Shown here: positions 60,111 through 64,000 of the stretch, piece after piece
Layout: every line of letters starts with the position of its first letter
Position numbering within the stretch: position 1 is the stretch's first letter
NCBI GenBank assembly: GCA_019057815.1
Contig: JAHLWR010000002.1
Span: 192,001-256,000 of the forward strand
Direction of reading: 5' to 3'
DNA length: 64,000 nucleotides
Source: Candidatus Heimdallarchaeota archaeon
GTDB taxonomy: Archaea; Asgardarchaeota; Heimdallarchaeia; Heimdallarchaeales; Heimdallarchaeaceae
Program-made: the position numbers and the translations under genes
Notes under the pieces: generated by a model
What the model was told of the DNA's origin: nothing
Databases searched by the model: none
Seen by the model: only the letters and a program-made list of their open reading frames with translations

Positions 60111-61160
60111 ATGAAAGCTGAACCACAATTGAATAAAGGTGTGTTAAAGGAATTTATCCTCAGAATGTATGATATTGATGTTGAATACTTTGAGTTCGTA
60201 CCTATTGGAGAACTATCATATTCATACATCATAAAAACACAAGACAAAAAGAAGTATTTTCTTAAACTTTACAAACCATCTAGATTAACTCAATCAGTGA
60301 TATTAAACCTTGATTTTTCTCTTCAAGTTGTAGAACAACTGAACGAGAGAGCACACATCACCAGAATTCCCCACCCAATAAAGAATTCTGATTGCAGGAA
60401 TATATCGCAATTAGAAGATTTCAATGTGGTTTTGTGGAATTTTATTGAAGGAAAAATGGTCACAAAAGATCAATCTAATTCAAAATACTTTGCTAAACAA
60501 ATGGGAGCATTATTAGCAGAAATACATAGAGCAACAGACACACTTGAATTATCCAAACCAGTTTTGGAACAGTTTGAAGTAGATTTCAAACAAGATTTGA
60601 ATAAATGTATGACACTTTTACTATCTAGTGATAAACTAGAAAATATATATCAAGAAAAATTGAGAGTAATGATTACCACAGTTTCTAAAGAGATTTTTAA
60701 TTCTATGAGACATTTGGAAAATGTTGTAATAAAGCTAAAGAAACAAGATGTTGAAAGAGTAATATGTCATAAAGATCCAATTCGACATAATGTACTAATC
60801 AATGATTCAGAAGATATTTTTCTTATTGACTGGGACGATCCAACGTTTGCTCCTTTTGAACAGGATATTTGGTTCTTCATCAATGATAAACATTTCAAGA
60901 CTTTTATCAATAGTTACAAATATTTGAGAGACTTTCCGAAGATAAATGGAGATATTGTAATTTATTATTTTTTTAAACGCACCCTCGTTGATCTTACTGA
61001 CTGGTTGTATAGAATTTTGTTCGAAAATATGCATGAAGAACAAAACATTAGTGATCTTAATGAATTGGAAGAAGACGTTATGTCAGTAATCACTGTAATG
61101 GAGAAAGAAGAAAATATTTTCAGAAAGAAGATTAAAAAATGGGTGACTGAAGCAAAATAA
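60111..61160 (+). CDS. Aminoglycoside phosphotransferase/choline kinase family enzyme
   Basis: YFLKLY, LAEIH, CHKD...HNVL, LIDWDD, AP.E.D. Confidence 0.85.
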   Translation: MKAEPQLNKGVLKEFILRMYDIDVEYFEFVPIGELSYSYIIKTQDKKKYFLKLYKPSRLTQSVILNLDFSLQVVEQLNERAHITRIPHPIKNSDCRNISQLEDFNVVLWNFIEGKMVTKDQSNSKYFAKQMGALLAEIHRATDTLELSKPVLEQFEVDFKQDLNKCMTLLLSSDKLENIYQEKLRVMITTVSKEIFNSMRHLENVVIKLKKQDVERVICHKDPIRHNVLINDSEDIFLIDWDDPTFAPFEQDIWFFINDKHFKTFINSYKYLRDFPKINGDIVIYYFFKRTLVDLTDWLYRILFENMHEEQNISDLNELEEDVMSVITVMEKEENIFRKKIKKWVTEAK

Positions 61161-61410
61161 CCTCAAAATAATTCAGAAAAAACACCGTTAATACTGAAAA
61201 ATTGGCTGTTTTGAAGCTTATATGCAATTTTTAAAAGATGAAATACTTCGCAGTTTCTAATTGTTTTTTCCTTTCTTCCAAGAAGGATGTCCTACAATAA
61301 GATGACCTTAACACAAGATAAAAAAGAACTAATATAAGAAAGGAAAGAAGGAAAAACTTAGATAGTTGAAGACAATAATGATTTAAAAGAATCTGAATAT
61401 ACTGTATTTC

Positions 61411-61923
61411 ATGAAACAAGAAGAAGAGATTTGTTCAAAATGTGGAACTATTTTGCGATATAGTAAAAACTCTTACATTGTTGAAAGTGAGAAAAAAGAA
61501 AAGCCTAGTAAACGTTTCAGACGATATAAATTTTGGGTCACACCTCTGAATATCTTGTTCTTATGTCTTTTCATTGCAGGAATTGATATGGCAATAGTTC
61601 CTCTTGATGCACCATTTAGTTCTCATTGGGCATTTTGGCCTATAGTTGGTATTATAACAATTTTTCTATTAGCACTTATACTATCTAAACGTCCAGAGTC
61701 ATTTTGGGTTATTGCTCCGCTTATTTTTGCTAATATTGCTATGTTATTGTACTTTATTGATATATCTTATGGCGAGAACGATGGAGCTTTTGGTCTCGAT
61801 TGGGCACTAATACCGATACTTTCTCTACTAATTTTTGGTTTTGCAATTCCAGTTGTTTCACGCTTTGGTTATATCAAAGAAACACCAGAAGACAAATTCA
61901 AAAAGATGGTTGGAGAAGAATGA
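61411..61923 (+). CDS. Membrane protein with N-terminal CxxC and ~4 TM helices
   Basis: CSKCG, repeated WA.(W/I)PI motif, hydrophobic helices. Confidence 0.75.
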   Translation: MKQEEEICSKCGTILRYSKNSYIVESEKKEKPSKRFRRYKFWVTPLNILFLCLFIAGIDMAIVPLDAPFSSHWAFWPIVGIITIFLLALILSKRPESFWVIAPLIFANIAMLLYFIDISYGENDGAFGLDWALIPILSLLIFGFAIPVVSRFGYIKETPEDKFKKMVGEE

Positions 61924-62864
61924 GTTTAGTACATAATCACAAAAAATTCACTTTTGGAAGAAAACTTCTTTCTCTATTAGAAGGATATTATAGTACGTAC
62001 TTATGGGCTAGAGATCATGTTGCTCCTCAAGAGGGTTCATCTATAATCGATGCGTTAAAAGTTGCTGGATATGTGAAAACTATTTCAGCTATTATTGATA
62101 ATATGAGATCTTCTCCAAGAAGGACAAAAGTGAAAAAGGCATGTAGATCTTTTGAATTGGAAGGAAGTGACACAGGAATTCTTTTTACTCATGGGTTTGG
62201 AGCAAACCCTGAAATTTTCCGTAATCTTGCAGAATATTTACACGAAGAAACAGGATATACATGTCGAGTACTAAGGTTGGAAGGTCACGGTACTAGTGTT
62301 CAAGATATGGAACGCACTACCTTTTTAGATTGGTATAAATCCGTTGAACTTCACTATAAAGAGCTTTCAAGTAAGACTAATGAAATAATTCTACTTGGTC
62401 ATTCCATGGGTAGTACACTCTCTTTACTCTTCTCTGTATACAACCCCTGTAAAGCGGTAATAACAATCTCTCCACCATTAGATTTACCTAGACCAGATGC
62501 TAAATTTCTTCCACTAATTACTTGGTTCAAAAGATATTGGCCTACAAAAGAATCTGAGGCAGTGAAATATAGGAAACGTGGTCATTATATTTATCCAAAA
62601 AGACCCTTAAAATGCGTTACAAGTATGTTTGATTTGATGAGTGTTACTAGAAAAAGATTACATAAAGTAACTGCGCCTCTTTACACTTCAGTAGGCTTAA
62701 AAGACCCAAGAGTACCATCAAATAATATAGAACTCTTACTTTCATCTGTAAGTAGTTCCATTAAAAGAGCTGATTATTTTACACAATCAACTCATTCGAT
62801 TCATCTTGGGCCTGAAAAGGATGAGATTAAGAGGAATATATTGACATTTATTAGAAAATTATGA
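61920..62864 (+). CDS. Alpha/beta hydrolase (carboxylesterase-like); start inferred at ATG 61920
   Basis: HGF, GHGT, GHSMG nucleophile, D..V, H; ATGA overlap with upstream stop. Confidence 0.88.
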   Translation: MSLVHNHKKFTFGRKLLSLLEGYYSTYLWARDHVAPQEGSSIIDALKVAGYVKTISAIIDNMRSSPRRTKVKKACRSFELEGSDTGILFTHGFGANPEIFRNLAEYLHEETGYTCRVLRLEGHGTSVQDMERTTFLDWYKSVELHYKELSSKTNEIILLGHSMGSTLSLLFSVYNPCKAVITISPPLDLPRPDAKFLPLITWFKRYWPTKESEAVKYRKRGHYIYPKRPLKCVTSMFDLMSVTRKRLHKVTAPLYTSVGLKDPRVPSNNIELLLSSVSSSIKRADYFTQSTHSIHLGPEKDEIKRNILTFIRKL

Positions 62865-62898
62865 TTTAATTTTGTCATTTGAATGTGTTTCCTTTTCT

Positions 62899-63618
62899 TC
62901 ATTCTTCTAACCACTTTTCAATAGCTTCTAGAGCTTGATATCTACCAGCATCTACTAGGATGCTATGTCTTCCTTTATTCACACTAACAATTGTTTTATC
63001 CCTTGAACCAACAGTGTGGTATATTTTTTTAATTTGCTTTGAAGGTACAGTTGGATCATTTTTACTATAAATTAGGAGAAGAGGATTTTCTATTGATGAT
63101 AAATTTTTTCTCAAACTTTTCATCAATTTAGCAAACTCAATTGCACTTTCCGTTGGGAATTTAGGATAATGTTTTAATCTATCTAAAACACTAATATCAT
63201 CCACTTTCGGTTCATCCATGTTATGCCATTTCTTGAGATATTTAACAAAAGGGAATAATTCCAGCATTTTCATTTTGGAGTTAAAAGATTTATATGGCGT
63301 TGCTAGAGCAATAAGCCCATCAATATCAGGATTTGTTGAGCCTAAATGGAGTGTGAGGGTTCCACCTAATGATGTCCCGATAATGTAAACTTTCCTACAT
63401 TTTTCTTTGAGATTATCTAAACAATTTTGACAATAATCAGTCCAGTCAGTCCACTTAACACCAATCATATCTTGTGGAGAAGTATTATGCCCAGGAAGAT
63501 CAAGAGCATCTACAACATAGCCCTTGTCTTTCAATGAATCAACTAGTATCTTAAAAGAGTATTTTGTACTAGCAAAACCATGAATTAGCAGAAAACCAAT
63601 TAATGCACTTTTTGACAT
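62899..63618 (-). CDS. Alpha/beta hydrolase (carboxylesterase-like)
   Basis: LIHGF, LPGH, GTSLGG, DPTV, H; GAGGTG RBS before MSKSAL. Confidence 0.88.
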   Translation of the reverse strand: MSKSALIGFLLIHGFASTKYSFKILVDSLKDKGYVVDALDLPGHNTSPQDMIGVKWTDWTDYCQNCLDNLKEKCRKVYIIGTSLGGTLTLHLGSTNPDIDGLIALATPYKSFNSKMKMLELFPFVKYLKKWHNMDEPKVDDISVLDRLKHYPKFPTESAIEFAKLMKSLRKNLSSIENPLLLIYSKNDPTVPSKQIKKIYHTVGSRDKTIVSVNKGRHSILVDAGRYQALEAIEKWLEE

Positions 63619-63710
63619 AGATTGACACCTCACTTTTACTAATAGAACCCGGTTCTATTACATGAAAATAAGCAGATTTCTTAAATATTACCAGAGAAAT
63701 TGTGTGTTGT

Positions 63711-64000
63711 ATGTTAATTAACATCGGTGGTACGAGTGTCTTAGTTTCTGAAGTTATTGGAAAATTAAGAGACAAAAATACTGAACCTTCCGTTTTCAGG
63801 GAAAACCTCAAACGATTAGGATCTTATCTAGCATATGAAGCTTCTAAAATGATGGGAAAATCAGTTAAGAAAGTTGAATCTCCCTTAGGGGAGGCTAAAA
63901 TAGACTATCTTAAGGACAACATTTGTGTTATTGCAATTTTAAGAGCAGCACTACCTATGTTGGAGGGAGTACTTGAACAATTTTCACGTGCCGCAGTTGG
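63711..64000 (+). CDS. upp: Uracil phosphoribosyltransferase, 3'-truncated (missed by ORF track)
   Basis: Manual translation MLINIGG..LRDKNT...FRENLKRLGSYLAYEASK..VESPLG..IAILRAALPM. Confidence 0.9.
   Translation, partial: MLINIGGTSVLVSEVIGKLRDKNTEPSVFRENLKRLGSYLAYEASKMMGKSVKKVESPLGEAKIDYLKDNICVIAILRAALPMLEGVLEQFSRAAV

Noticed and set aside
61800-61919. N-terminal extension of the hydrolase ORF in the track
   Set aside because: It overlaps the upstream membrane gene in another frame; ATG 61920 gives a normal 4-nt overlap

Overview
AT-rich archaeal core-genome window, most likely from an Asgard archaeon of the Heimdallarchaeia type. This is an inference from archaeal informational genes occurring together with a bacterial-type gyrase, RPA2-like, longin-like, V4R-like and C2-like proteins. 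It encodes translation and RNA-metabolism genes (aEF-1beta, L40e, Pth2, TruD, pelota, Ncs6/TtuA, MtaB-like, NusA-like, DnaG), Hjc, GyrB/GyrA followed by an orphan Rad50/SMC-like ATPase, and the NfnAB transhydrogenase. A group 4 [NiFe] hydrogenase locus is split into a hydrophilic operon (NuoC/D/I/B-like) and a complex-I-like membrane operon (NuoH/A/J/K/L/N-like), with hypCDEF and a HycI protease. RNA genes missed by the ORF track are tRNA-Val(CAC), tRNA-Ser(GCT) with a D-loop intron, the SRP RNA, and a three-hairpin H/ACA guide RNA that appears to target LSU rRNA helix 89. Two unassigned structured RNA candidates lie at ~17.7 kb and ~47.0 kb. No CRISPR array, integrase or transposase was seen. 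All family calls are by motif recognition by eye; no searches were run.
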